The notes beneath the pieces are model-generated. The model saw only the letters and a list, made by a program, of their open reading frames with translations. It had not been told where the DNA came from and ran no database searches. A stretch of DNA of 60,685 bases, the filler included, from Dugesia japonica (lineage: Eukaryota): NCBI GenBank assembly GCA_001938525.1. It is 5 parts of 5 records of this genome, joined end to end, with 100 filler letters (N's around TTAATTAATTAA, not from the genome) between each part and the next. Parts side by side here need not be neighbours in the genome. Positions count along the whole stretch, not along the records: positions 9,739 to 30,754 come from MQRL01603779.1; 4 more parts are not named here. One strand, written 5' to 3'. The translations under genes and the position numbers were made by a program. Numbering within the stretch: the first letter of the stretch is position 1; every line of letters starts with the position of its first letter. Shown here in pieces: positions 13,164 through 26,900 of the stretch.

Positions 13164-16100
13164 AATATTTAACAAGTTAATTTATAGTAATCTTTATTAC
13201 ATTGTTAAAAAAGCGACGTTTATTTAATTTTAAACAAAGAGAACACTTTTATTTAATTTTTATAACAAATATAATATTTTCAAGACTTAGCGGGATATTG
13301 AAATCAATGAAGAAGTTTTCATCAATTTCATAGAACGGGATATTAATAAATGTCTTGTGATTTTTTAATAAAAATAAATAACAATAATAAATAAAATTAC
13401 AAATAAAAAAGTGGTAGGTGGAATCAATGGAGTAATGGTTTATCTTAATGACATTCTGATACTTACAAACAATAAAGATAAATATTATGAAGTCATTGAA
13501 AACGTAATGATGGAAATAATGAAGGCTGGTCTAAGAATTAATCCAGAAATTTTCAGTTTCTTCAGAGCGAAATCAAATTTCTTGGACACATAATTAGCAG
13601 GGATGGTGTCAGAACTGATACGTCTAAAATAAAAATAATAAGAACATTTGTCAAACCTAATTGTGTGAAGAAGTTACGAAGTTTATTAGGAATTTGTAAT
13701 TTTTACTGACGGTTTATAGAAAATTACGCGAGGAAATCAAGGATCTTAGAGTAGTTGTGTATCAGACTAAGCAACAAAAATTAGAATGGACAGATGAAAT
13801 AAACGATACTTTTGAGGGTGTGAAGAGATCACTAATGATGGCGCCAATATTGTGTTTTTCAGACATAAAGATAAAATTATATTAGATACAGATGCTAGTT
13901 TTGATACAATTGGAGCAGTACTATCACAGAGAGATAAGAAAAGAAGAGAAAGAGTTGTTGCTTACGGATTACACTCAATGACGAGTCATGATAAAAGATA
14001 TTGCATAACACGAAAAGAATTATTTATTGTTTATTATTTCTGCATGCACTCCAAACATTACTTGTACGGTAGAAGATTTACTCTTAAAACAGATCATAAA
14101 GCTTTAACGTTTATGATTACCACGAAAAGATCAATTACGTCACAATTCAAGACATTAATTAATTATCTGAGTAGTCTAGACATGGTTTTGGAATATAGAA
14201 AAGGAATTCAACATAGTAATGCAGATATGTTATTTAGACCAAAATGTGAGGTATGTCTCTTATGTCAAATGTAAGATGAAGAAGCTAATAAAGGGAAGAT
14301 TAAAACGAGAATACTGAAAATAATTGAAAAGGAAAAAGAAAATCATTTACACATTTCTGAGGAAACAGATTTGATTAAGAAATGAAAATTTTGGATGAAA
14401 AATTACATGAAACAATAGAAGAAATACATAAATTATTATGTCATGCAGGAGTTGAAAAGGTATACGAATATATAGTAACAAATACATTGCAAATAACTTG
14501 TGGAGCCAAATACAGAAAATAGTTTGTAGTTGTGAAATTTTTCAAAAGACCAAAGTTGTGACGTCAACAACCAAATAAAAGACTAAGAGATTAGAAGCTA
14601 TTAATTGGTTTGAAGTGATTTTCACTGATATATATTTTGGCGGGAAACAGGTGGACGAAAAAATACATTCTTGGAATAATCGACCAGTACAGTAAATATC
14701 TGGTTCTTACATCATTGCCTAGACAAGACGAGGAAACAATACGGAAAGCTATTTACGAAAGATGGATTTTGAAATTTGGATGTCCAAGAAAAATAAGACT
14801 CGATTGTAAAAAAGCTTTTGAATCCAGAGTTATGAGAGAGTTTGAACTGAAGATAGATATTAAACTTTGTATTTCGAGTCCCTATCATCAAAATGCAAAC
14901 GACAAATAGAAAGACAGTTCAGGACAATTCGAGATTTAATTAATGCAGCTCTTCAGAAAAAAAGACAGCAGATTGAGCAGATCTTTTACCGGAAATAGAA
15001 TTTACAATGAACGCAACAAAATATAAAAAATAGCCTGTAAAGAGTACTATATTCTACTTATTCATTAGTCATATATATGGTTATTGTTTATTGGGGTTTA
15101 CATACCTGATTGGCAGTTTTTACTGTTTTGATATTCTTTTGACAAAAACATGATAAAAGCTTTAGATTTTACAATTGCCCTTGCTATTGCCTGCATCATA
15201 TTTGGATGATCATTAATGTTATATTCATCAATCCATAACTAAATGTAAATACATTATCAAATTTATAGATCTTAGCCAAATTCGTTGTAAAATTACTTCA
15301 TAAGAAACAAAACTAGCATGTTAAAAAGTCTATTTAAAATTTTCTATATTTTCGAAATGTAAAGAATTAAACTTAAATTGGTGCTTATTTACTTTTTCTT
15401 CGCAATTCTTTTAAAAATTATGATTAATCTCAAATCCACCAACAGCAATTAGTCAGTTAAAAATAGGTTAATGTATTTACTAGATTTTCTTATAGAAATT
15501 TTCATCATTGTTTGCATCGATAGCTGCTTTAAATTTGTTGTAGTTGTCAGCTTTGGTGCATGATAAAACTAGCCGTGTATTAATTTTACAATAGCACGGT
15601 ATTTTGCATATTAACAGACAGTGTAGTAATGGGCATATAATTTTAAATCTAACTGATAAAGAAGCCAGGTAACGATGCAATAAGGTAAGTTGCAGATCTC
15701 AAACTCAACGCACTTAACCTACAGGCAGTTTATCTTATTTATTTATTGCTTGAGCCATGAGCTTACTTTATACGACTTTTGTGAACGGGAGTTAGGTATT
15801 GGTCATACTACTGATTGTGATTAGAATAATTACCTAACAAAAGTCGGCGCCTTTGTGTTAATCAATAATCTGGTAGTAATTTGCGGAATATTTACTACAC
15901 TAGAGATAGATGAAAGCATGTTTATCCGTCAAAAAAACAATGTTGGTCAAGTATTCCGTACTCAATGGGTTTTTGGAGGAATTGGCCGAGAACACTGTTT
16001 TTTATACACAGTACCCAATACATATGCAGCAACATTGTTACCAATTTTATAGAATGCAATACTTCCAGGAACTACTATTATATCGAATATGTAGCTATCC

Positions 16101-19100
16101 TATAATGGTATTCAAAACCTTGGCTACAAAAATCTAACTTTCAACCATTCTCAAAGTTTTGTTGATCCGGTGACAGGTGCTCATACGCAGAATATTGAAG
16201 GCTCATGGAACTACGCCAAAAGTAGGAATATACGACACTTTGGTATAGCTAGAAGTATGTTAGACAGCTAATTGTGTGAGTTCATGTGGCAATCTCATTT
16301 TGCAGTTAAAAATTTGTTTGAACAAATACTGCATGATATAATTATGCCGCTTTAAAAGCAGTTGTACATGAACACTGGTTTTATAATGTTTTATAATAAA
16401 TTTGTGGTCGATATCAATTTTTTATTTCAAAAAAATTGCAGGGAAAAAACGGATAATCACCCTTAAATTATTACACGAATAATGCATATTAAAAGTTTAC
16501 TTATATTTGAAAATTTTATTTAGATATTAGTATTATATGTATTATTATATCACATCACTCTGAATGACTACATCCATGCTCTGTTTAAAATACTCTAAAA
16601 TGAAACTCCCTTGAGGAGTTCCTTAATTTGGATTATTTCGATTAAAAGTAGAGTAAAAATAATACAATAATACGAAATAATTGATTCATAGAATTCTTTA
16701 AAACAATTTTCAACAAACTAAAATAATAATTATAAAATAAATTTATTTAAGCAAAAAAGAGAGTATAAATTATATACGTTTTTAAAATCAAAAAGAAAAA
16801 AATTCGTTTTTAATTAATATACTGTGTGATTAAATTTAGTTATTAATTTTTTTAATTATTTCAAATCGGAAAAAATTATATTAAAAATAAATTATTGCAT
16901 AAAAGAAAATTATAAGTAAACAAATTTATTTAATAATTTGAAATCGTTCTGGAATAAAATATAAAATATAATTTACTAGAATTTCGACTACCTTAAAATA
17001 TATTTTAATTTTTATTGATTAATTTAAAACTTAGATTTAATTTTATCGAGACTCATAAGTGGACGAATTTTTCAGCACTGGATCACCTCCTCCACCGCCG
17101 ACGAAGTGATCTAGCAATTTGAGTGATCCAGAAATGTGGGATTTTGTTTGGTCGTTACGATTACGTAAAAGTAATTTTCGAATTTGGATTGAAACTGTCA
17201 AATTTGACTCGGGAAAGTCGAAAATTCGAATTTTTGGTTCAAATATTCTCAGTCTATTTTTATCATACAGTGTGAAATTTGGTATTGATGAGCTCAGAAT
17301 TAAAAACTGAACATTTCCAGTATATAGTTTGTTATATGAATATGCTTAATTCTCTGAGAAAAGGTATGACAGCACTGGATCAGTTGATATTGATCCATAA
17401 ATTTCTAGACCAAAACTTATTGTAAGGTCATGAAAATGATAGTATTCGGTTCAGAATAAAATTCTGAACATATTTTGAAAAGGGTTCGCTGATAATTATC
17501 CTTTGTTCAGAAGATAGAAAATTATTAGGTGCAATGACTCACCTTGGATTGATACGGTAACACTTGATCTGGCTTGTAAGTTATGTTACGAAATGTTTGT
17601 TTCTTTTCTGTTTCCATTGTTTCAACTCATTCTACTTTTCTATCATACGCAAAATTTTCCCTCTTTAAGAACTTGTATACTTTTCTGTAACTCTTCTGAT
17701 ATCATCCCACTTTTAGAACTCTTGAGGATAATTACTCACTTCATTTAAGAATGGATGGCTCCAACCAATTCCTCTACTAATGAAGTCATGTATTTTGTGT
17801 ACTGCCTTTTGGAATCACTTTTATATACTTCCTTATATCCATCGTTTGTATTGACATCTTTATCTTCAATCGCATATACTCGATTATATTGGTTTCATGA
17901 ATTTTCTGCAGTCCTAAATTTCTCACTTGTTCTTTTCATTTTTAAATTTGTGTAGCACTCTTTTGCTTTATGTCCACCATTATCACATCGTTTACACATC
18001 ACTTCTTGACAAAACATTTTTATATTGCCAACCTTTCCACAATCAAAAATTTTGTTGGCTTTTTATTTGGACAGTCTCGACTGTTTTATAACAACTCCAG
18101 CACTGTAGCACTTTTTTCGGACAATTTTCTTTATATATAAATTATATTTCTGATATTTTGTCACTTGACACTTGTTTTCTTGAACTTCATATTGTTTGTG
18201 GATAGCAAGTATACTGTAGATGACGTACATATCATCACAANCACTGATTTTATGACATAACCATCATTCGATATTTTTGTTTTTCCTTTCTTTAACTAAT
18301 TGTCAATTAATTGGTCGTTATCTCATTCACTTTCATCCGAATAATTTCTAAGAACTATTTCTTCTTCATCCATTTTAACTATAGGTTTATTTTAATTTCT
18401 TTAATTCTTCAATTGCTTAAATACTGTAATTCCACTTTGATTGAAATATCATATCGTAATCCAAGTTCATCTGTACATTGTTGTGTAAAATCCAGAAATA
18501 GATATCCATGTGGAACTACTGTTGCATCATTAGATGAACTCATAAGAAATTTTCTATTATTAGGATAATTCTATCTTGATAGAAAATCAACCACGTTTTA
18601 TCTCTTGAATTTTTAAATAAAACCAGGTATTGTACATTTTATGAAATAGATTTTAAGTTCTGAAAATCACAGTTGCATTACAATGTCTTGGTATTCTTTG
18701 AATAAATTGCTAAGGTCCTTTTACTTGTTTGCTTCCTGATATAGATCATTAACAAAAATTACATCACCATGTTTTCAATCTCTTGCTCAAATTATCATCA
18801 AATACATTTATAATTGTCATTTTTGTTTTTAGAAAACTTGGATGGAGTCAATCCATAATTTTTATTTGCCTTCTATGCCAGTAAATTTTATTGAATTTTG
18901 ATTTAAATAAATTGAATTTCTATAATGTACATACAAACAGGGTTTTCCCACTACTACTGAGACAAACAATTTGATATACAGCATCGTTTCTTAATTTATT
19001 TATTTTAAAAATTTAAAACAGAATAATAATCATAGTATAGAGAGCGACGTGGACAAGAAAACTGCGCTGTTAGCAAAAGTTATAGCTATGTGAAGAGATT

Positions 19101-20132
19101 TCAAGACATTTGTGATCATAAAAAAGAAAGTAAATAATGGATTTGGAAAAAGCGAAAGACTATGATAATATTTTTAGTTAAACATGTAATTTAAAGAATA
19201 GTTAGAATTAGCAGTATTGACTCATCTAAATTTCAGACGTTCTTACCGCAGGACATTGAGTGCAAGAAAAAATTGGCATTGTAGAATTACAAAACAATTT
19301 ATGAAATAAGAAAGTCATAGAAATGCAGTAAGAGAATAAAAACAATTTAAAATAGATGATTAGTAAAACATTCGAATAATAATATTCTCCGATATCCAAA
19401 CATAGTAATAAAACGCATATGAATAAGANNNNNNNNNNNNNNNNNNNNNNNNNNNNNNNNNNNNNNNNNNNNNNNNNNNNNNNNNNNNNNNNNNNNNNNN
19501 NNNNNNNNNNNNTTTTTAGTTTTTCATAAATTTTCATCACAATTTTTTTGTTTGAGTGACTGTAGCTAAGCATAAAATATGATTCTTTCTCACTGGTATC
19601 CTCCACATTTTTACATAATTTCCCAAATTGAGAAATGTTTGGATAATCTTGAAAACATATTATCATTTTATATTATTCACTAATTGTATTCAACAATAAC
19701 TTATATTTCCTTGTAAAATCCATTTCAACCCATCAAGAATATCAAAATAAGATTTTCTATGCATGCGAAATGTTTCAGTTTTACTTTNNNNNNNNNNNNN
19801 NNNNNNNNNNNNNNNNNNNNNNNNNNNNNNNNNNNNNNNNNNNNNNNNNNNNNNNNNNNNNNNNNNNNNNNNNNNNNNNNNNNNNNNNNNNNNNNNNNNN
19901 NNNNNNNGATTATCTTGTGGTAAATTAGAAATAATATCAGCAAATTTTTGATTAATATCTTTTCGATTTTCATCATTAAATGCTAAGTTCCAAAGGATTG
20001 ACAAAGAATATTTTTTAAATATATCTTTATCATATTTTGATTTGTTTTCAATAAGTTCCTTTAGTACATCTAAAAGTCCACAATCTACCAAAGGCTTTTT
20101 GAATTCTTCAAATTTAGAAAGTTTTTCAAAAC
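9762..20132 (-). CDS. ARM-repeat + TIR domain protein, 3' part (5' exons not located). Exons 20132-19701 (contains gap), 19647-<19513, 15238-15106, 9952-9762
   Basis: ARM-like segment LVDCGLLDVLKEL..SILWNLAFNDEN; TIR box1 FMLSYSHSNKKIV; LWIDEYNI..MMQAIARAIVKSKAFIMFLSKEYQNSKNCQS; E-AQYAYKLNKLQIPVLVEKKYKPSGWLG. GT-AG junctions are in phase (19700-19648; donor 15105 / acceptor 9953 rebuilds the Glu codon). Confidence 0.88.
10051..11465. mobile_element. Non-autonomous element with long (~400 bp) imperfect terminal inverted repeats
   Basis: 10065-10460 is an inverted copy of 11065-11460 (shared blocks aatttacacccc, cttacgattgtgctgg, ttaatttttaaaatttgtg, gaggtctcga). The left end starts AGTAGAGGGATAGT. 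Confidence 0.75.
13130..13160. repeat. (TA)n microsatellite next to a gap
   Basis: Directly visible. Confidence 0.9.
13411..15025 (+). mobile_element. Ty3/Gypsy pol remnant (RT end, RNase H, integrase)
   Basis: VYLNDILI (decayed YxDD), LGICNFY, ILDTDAS..IGAVLSQ, RKEL, TDHKAL, YRKG..NAD, HKLLCHAG zinc finger, IIDQYSKY and SPYHQNAN, with many stops and frameshifts. Confidence 0.92.
15600..16462 (+). mobile_element. Merlin / IS1595 (ISXO2-like) DDE transposase remnant
   Basis: LEIDESMF..QWVFGGI, AATLLPIL, LPGTTIIS, NHSQSFVDPVTGAHTQNIEGSW and LCEFMW. Possible right TIR ggataatcaccc at ~16451-16462. Left boundary approximate. Confidence 0.88.
17340..18900 (-). mobile_element. Decayed LTR retrotransposon gag region
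   Basis: Minus-strand tandem zinc-knuckle remnants (..DCGKVGN..C; CKRCDNGGHKAKEC, ~17955-18050). A homologous segment lies at ~30530-30750. Confidence 0.65.
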
Positions 20133-20354
20133 CTAAAATTTTAATTTATTACTTAAAAATATTCATTTGAAATATATTAATGTATTAAACTTTTATTAAT
20201 TAAATAATATAGTATGACACTCAGAAAATAATTAATTAAATGTATTAAATATTTAAATTAATTTTGTTTATATCTTCTATTTATTTGAAATATATACTTT
20301 TCAAATTACTTGGATTCTTTTTATTTCAATATTGTCATTCGATATTGACTACAA

Positions 20355-22450
20355 TGGTATCAAAACCAAAGACAAAAATTAAGTTCAGGTGAAAATTCTA
20401 AATTACTTTCTAAATCCGATCCATTGGTTCACTAGCAAATGCAGTTTTCGAACGTTTCAACATTCCCAATTCCAGGACAAAATATTTCCATCTTCTCAAT
20501 AGCTTGCTTTCAGATATTCTAGAAATCGCTTCTTATGACTTAAATCCACGTGGTAATAGAGATCTTATATAACTTTAAACCAAGCGATGTTAGCTAAAGC
20601 ATCAATCTCAATGATACAGTTCATTGATCAGCGCATAAATTCAAAAGTTTTATCTTTCAAGCGTCCGTCTCAAACTTTATTGGAGCTTACACAAAGCCAA
20701 AAACGTTAAACCTTCTCAGACACAAATTTATGCAGTCAGTGAAAATCAATATTCATCATCAATTGTTACAATACCAAACTACAGCCATTTTGAAACAGAA
20801 TCTCATTCTATCATCTCTATTATCAAGACCTAGGAAGAATGGAATTTAACTTACTCACAACCAGTTAATCCAGAATATTTCAATTCTATTAAAGCATGAA
20901 GAAATCATAATAATGATAATTATTTAAGAGGACTTTGTATTTATCATCAAATATTTAAAAAAAATATGCTGTTATATGCCAACAATCATGCTTTTAATCC
21001 AACAAAACTTACTCGGGTAAAGTACACAGATTTCAGTAGATACATCAGCTTAAACTCAAATCAAAGCAAAGTCGTCAAAATCTATAAACGTAATCTTTAC
21101 AGATACACGTTTGTTGGAGAAGCTAAATTATGAATTAATTGTGGACTCAAGTACTAATATAAGCATTGTTGCTATACATTTATTTCCGCAATATAATGAC
21201 ATAATCAGACATTTTTAAAATACTGCTTACACTGAAGATATCGCTGTTTTGGTAAGGAAAATTAACATTCAAGCATTCAGGGAACATTTACATGGCTATT
21301 CACGGTTGTTGACGTACTTCGACCAATCTTAGGATCCGATTTTCTGTCGAATTTGAGATTATTGAAAGATTGTCACAACAATTGTATATTTAGAACAAAT
21401 AACCTATATTTCTCATTAACCAAAGTTATTAATTTTGAATAAAAGGAAGATCTGAAAGCAAATATTATTCATGAATACCTACTAGTAAAGCAAGGAATGC
21501 ATTTAACTGTTATCAATAAATAGGAGAGCCCATCCTACAAGACAGATGTCGTTACACTATCAAAATGTTAATAGAACTAAAATCCATATTAAAAGGCAAT
21601 ATTTGTACCAAAATTATATAGAAAACAAAGTTTACAACAATATCATAATAGGTTCTTAGAGAACATTTGTCAGCAAGAAAAACAGAAACTAAATAAGACA
21701 AAAACACTATTGGTCAAGAATATCTTAGGGTCTAAAAGATTACGTAGCACATTGTCAGTTATGTGTTTCCAAAAGAAGGACAAGAGAATCAGAAAAACTA
21801 TTAAAACCAATGCCAATAACAGCGAGACTAATAGAAATCATACCAATGACTCTGTTGGATCATTACCCGTAATTATTGATGGAAATTCAAACATTCTAGT
21901 ATGCATGGATTTTTTATCTAAATTCCCTGAAGCCTTTCTTATGAATGATCAGGAAGCCACAACGATAGCCAAAGTCTTTGTAAAAATATTTGCAGCAAAA
22001 ATATAACACCAAAGAAATTACTAGCTAACCAGTAACATTTTCAGAGAAGTCACTAGATATTTCCTAATATCAAAATTGAAAACATCCCCATATCATTCAC
22101 AGACAGATTGCCTAGTAGAGAGGTTTAATAGAACCGTAATATATATGATATCGTGCTATGTTGACAGAAAACAGAAAGACAGAAACCAAAATATTATACT
22201 AATATTTTAAATAAAATATTATACAAATAATATTATACTAAATAATATTATACTAAATAAATATTATACAACTAGTAATATTTAGCGTATAGAACACAAT
22301 TATATATAGCTACTAATTACACTCCATTTTTTTCTTATGTATGGGAGAGAATGTAATTTACATATCAATTTTAAATAGCCTTCAATATCACAATATATAG
22401 AACAAGAAGAAAATGTTACTCAAATGAAATACGAAATACAAGAAATTTGG
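20355..22450 (+). mobile_element. Decayed Gypsy element (PBS-like TGGTATCA, protease, integrase; RT not seen)
   Basis: LIVDSST protease motif ~21135; H..YW..DYVAHCQLC integrase zinc finger ~21660-21765; DSVGSLP..ILVCMDFLSKFPEAF; TSPYHSQTDCLVERFNRT. Confidence 0.8.
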
Positions 22451-22622
22451 AGCAAAACTTGAATAAATATCAAGTACTATCAGAAAAGTNNNNNNNNNNN
22501 NNNNNNNNNNNNNNNNNNNNNNNNNNNNNNNNNNNNNNNNNNNNNNNNNNNNNNNNNNNNNNNNNNNNNNNNNNNNNNNNNNNNNNNNNNNNNNNNNNNN
22601 NNNNNNNNNNNNNNNNNNNNNN

Positions 22623-25600
22623 TGTTAGCAGTTTTATAGAAAAAAATGTGAAAGTCAGATTAATAGATAAGGTACTTTAAAAACCAATATGGATACATTT
22701 CAGTCAATGTAAAGAAATAGTATTAACAAACGCAACAGATAAACACTTGTACATCCTTTCTTGTACATTTGCTGCCTTTTGTGATCTTTTGTCTCATTGT
22801 TTTCGCTTCCTCTTATATAACTAATTATCAGTACATTTTTGGTGAAATAAATCTTTTGACTATAACTTTTACATCATTATATAGTCTCCTTATTAAAAAT
22901 ACGAGTCTTAACATTTGAAGAATATTAGCTTTATTTTTGAAAATAATGGTTTTATTGTGAAATATTTAAATTATGATAATATTTAAATATATCTAAAGTC
23001 AAATTATTGAATATTTAAAATTAAATATTCAAAATATTAAAATGAATTTGATTTGTTTTAATATTGTTATTTTATAAAATATAATTTCAACTTTTTAAAT
23101 ACCTTATTATTTAATATCAAAATTTATATAACATGGCGTCAAATGAGTAGAAACATTTCCTGCAGAAATTTATTTTGAAAGAAAAGGAAGCAAAGTTCAG
23201 AAAGGACAATGAAAGCTCAGTTAATATTTGAAAACATCTAAAAAATGTCAAAGAATTTATAAATTTATTCAATGCTTGTAGCATCACCGCAGAAGAGAGA
23301 ATTACTATATTTAGTAAATATTTTGACGAGAACCTTATGAAAGAAATAAAATGTAATCCAAACTTTGAGAGTACAAAGGTAGATTACGATTACTTGGAAA
23401 AACATCTTATCAATTTACTGGATGTTAAACCATCAAAAATTAACCAAGCTAGGCAGATACTTGAATTAATGCAGTATCGAGGAGAAAACCACGGATTTTG
23501 CTAGGAGTATTTGTATGGAGAGCAATGTTTTATCTGACAAGAAAGAGGAAATCATGATAAAAGCATTTATTAATGGCTTGGGACATAGAAAATTGGCAAA
23601 TGCACTAAAAATATTCAAACCAAAATCATTGGAAGAGACAGTAGAAAGTATGAAAGAAGAAAAGGTGACAGATGACTACGAAACGAATGAAAATGTATTA
23701 TGTTATATGCGATAAGAGAATAAAACGATAAAGAATTTGAAAATTAAAATAGAAAAGCTAAAAAATAAAATTGTCGAACTAAGGAGACACAATGACAAAT
23801 CTCGTGCACCAAATATGTTTAATAAAAATAGGAATAATAATACACAAAGTTCTGAAAAACTCAAAATGGATAACTGTGGGTAGAAAAAAACAAGAACATG
23901 CTTTAAATGTTATAAAAAAAGGCCAAAAAGCTAGAGAATGCATTATCAAAAAGTGTTTTAGGAGTGAGGGTGACTATCTTATAAGAAATTGCCAACAAAC
24001 AAGCCATCTAAGATACTATCATGAAGAAGAACAATCATAATCCATTGTCAATGAGGAACCAGAAGAAGAAAAGTCTGCGAAGTGAATAGGATAAGTAAAA
24101 GTAAACCATCTTGGAACATTCGCAAATCTATTGCACTAATTAAAACGTTTAAACCGTCACTTGAAGATACGTATGTCAGTTGTATCGAAGGAAAAAGAGC
24201 ACAGCCAAGACAAACACTTAAAAAATATGAACCAACACTAATATTAGTGTAAAAGCTAGATAAAGCAAGAAATAAAACAATTGTTGAATGTCAGATTGCA
24301 AGGATACCAGTAAAAATTATATTTGGCACGGGCTCTAATTTGAATGTTATAGAACAGGAATTAGCTGAGCGTATCTGTAAAAAGAACCCGGTGGTAAGAA
24401 TTTTTAAATCTATGACAAAAGTAACATGCGCAAATGGTAAAACAGAAGAATGTTTGGGGATACAATTAAATATGTCAATTGGACCTGTAATGACAGAACA
24501 CGTGTTTAATATTATGCCAAGTTGTAATACTGGATTCGGAAAAATAGAGACTCATGATATTTATAATGATAAAAACTTTTTTAGGATTTTGGTATCTAAA
24601 AACGTAGATGTAAGTGGAATTGACAAATATTTTATCAGAAGCATGATAATGGACGACATAGATCAGAAAATTACTTATGAAACTAGTAAAGAATGGATTT
24701 TTACTGGAGATAAAGAGGAAATGGCTCTGCGGAAACACTTAGTAACAGATGAAATTTCAATAAATAATAATGTAAGTAAGAATATATATGTTAGAAGTTG
24801 GATGTAAAACTCTACACACCGGAACTACACTAGGTTATGTAGAAGAGTTTAATCAAAATGAAGAAGTGTTTGAAAAAGTATCACTTAAACAATTGTCTCT
24901 GAAAAACAAAGAACAGAGGAAGAAATTACAGACAATATACTGCAGAAAATTAAAAATCGTTTGGAAGTTGCAAACAATTACTACGATGTAGTCAAAACAT
25001 TAGCAATCCTTGAAAGGAATAAAGATGTATTTAGTCGACATAAGATGGATATAGGTAAAACTGATATGATTGAACATAAAATAGAAACAACCGATAGCAG
25101 ACCAATTGCTTTCAAGCCGCGAAGAATACCAAATGAACTCGTAGAAGAAGTAGAACATATGGTAAAATATTTGATAGATGTTGGTGTTGTAAAGCCAAGT
25201 ACTTCTCCATGGAACTTTCAAATTGTAGTGGGGGAAAAGTAAAACGGTGATAACCGTATGTGTATTGACTACAGGGCATTGAATGCTAAAAAACTGACCA
25301 ATATTTCCAATAACATCATTAGAGGAAATACTTGACAGTATTGCTGGAGCTAACTATTTTTAATTTCTAGACACCAAGTACCGATAGCTTAAAAAGATCA
25401 GGAAAAACAGCATTCAGCACAAATTTTTGACAATACGAATTTACCAAAATGCGGTTTGGATTATTCTCAGCACTAGCGACATTTCAGTGGCTTATAAATA
25501 TTGTATTGCAAAATGAAAATTAGAAAAAGTGCGTAATATATTTAGACGATGTTTTAATAATTTTTAAAACTGTAGAAGAGCATAATGAAAGACTAGATCA

Positions 25601-26020
25601 AATATAAAGAAGAATAAAAAAAGCTGGACTTAAATAAGAACTAAATAAATGTAAACTTTTACAGGAGAAAATACAATATCTCGGACATATACTAACTAAA
25701 AATGGAATCGCAACATATCCTGATAAGATAATGGCAATCCAAAAATAGGAGATTCCTCAATGTCGAAACGAACTTCAAAGATTTTTGGGGTTTTGTAATT
25801 ATTATAGGCGATTCATAAAGAATTATGCAAATTTATCAGAACCTCTCAGTTCGATGCTAAAGAAAGAAAACAAATTTCAGTGGACAGATGAAAATAAAAA
25901 ATATTTTTACAATCAACGTAAAAAGTTGACAGAACCACCAATGCCAGCTTTGCCAACAAAGGATGGGAAATATATCTTGGATACAGATGCTTTCCACAAC
26001 GCAATTAGTGCTGTACTTAT
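22623..26020 (+). mobile_element. Gypsy retrotransposon: putative 5' LTR 22623-23133 (TG...CA), PBS, gag, protease, RT, RNase H; truncated
   Basis: tgttagc...ataaca followed immediately by PBS-like TGGCGTC at 23134. Then AFINGL gag, a CCHC remnant ~23895-23995, IEHKIET..PRRIP..PSTSPWN, CIDYRALN, YLDD ~25540, GFCNYYRRFI and YILDTDA. Confidence 0.9.
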
Positions 26021-26079
26021 GAGTTTTATCTTGAGAAATACTGGTTTGGTCACAGAAAATACTTAATTAATTAATTAGT

Positions 26080-26900
26080 TACAGTAAACTTCTTTTAAAT
26101 ATACAATCATTTAATCATATCAGTATGCTTAATTTGTCAATTTGTCTGTCATTTTCAACTATTTTTCACCATTTCCTTATTTTCCACTATTTTGTCTATT
26201 TTCCACCATTTCCAGCAATATTAATATTTAGCTAAATTTTTCCAGATTTTTTATTGGGTCTTAATACATACTTTATCTTCTTTATATAGTGTTGCTATAT
26301 GTTCTGGCAAAGATCTAACTTTATTAATCTTTAAATTGAGACATGTAGAGATAGAAAATGTCTGAATTATTGTCAGAGCTAGTATTAAATGCTTCTTATT
26401 TAAATAATATAACTATTGTAATCTAATTTAATCATATGCTTGTTCTTCTACATCCTTGCTTACATATTTGCTTCTCTGCGTGCACCTCGGTTTCCTTGGG
26501 TTTCATTTCCTTTAAATAGCTCTAGGTTCTAGTTATATTAATATAAAATAAGAATTTACNNNNNNNNNNNNNNNNNNNNNNNNNNNNNNNNNNNNNNNNN
26601 NNNTAGAAAATATTGGATTCAATCAATAAAGTGATGATGTTATCATTGAAATCACTGTGTTTATCATAGAAATACAAGTTTTACCATAAAAAATAATACT
26701 TTTGTCTTGCAAAATATATGTTTTAACATGTAAATAAATGTTTTATTATTGAATATAAAACCATTAAACCAGATACATTTAATAAACCATTGTTGACTCA
26801 CTACATTAATTGGTCCTTTATTAGCCGATCATTTTATTATTTTCTATTGAAATTTATCTTTTACTTCACTTTTACTAGGTTTTCTTACTATAATATAGAA
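26080..26900 (-). repeat. Inverted copy of the repeat family also present at ~35690-36330
   Basis: Shared block aaccRaggtgcacgcagaga (26470-26495 reverse complement vs 36107-36126) and similar 10-bp periodic tracts. Confidence 0.6.
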
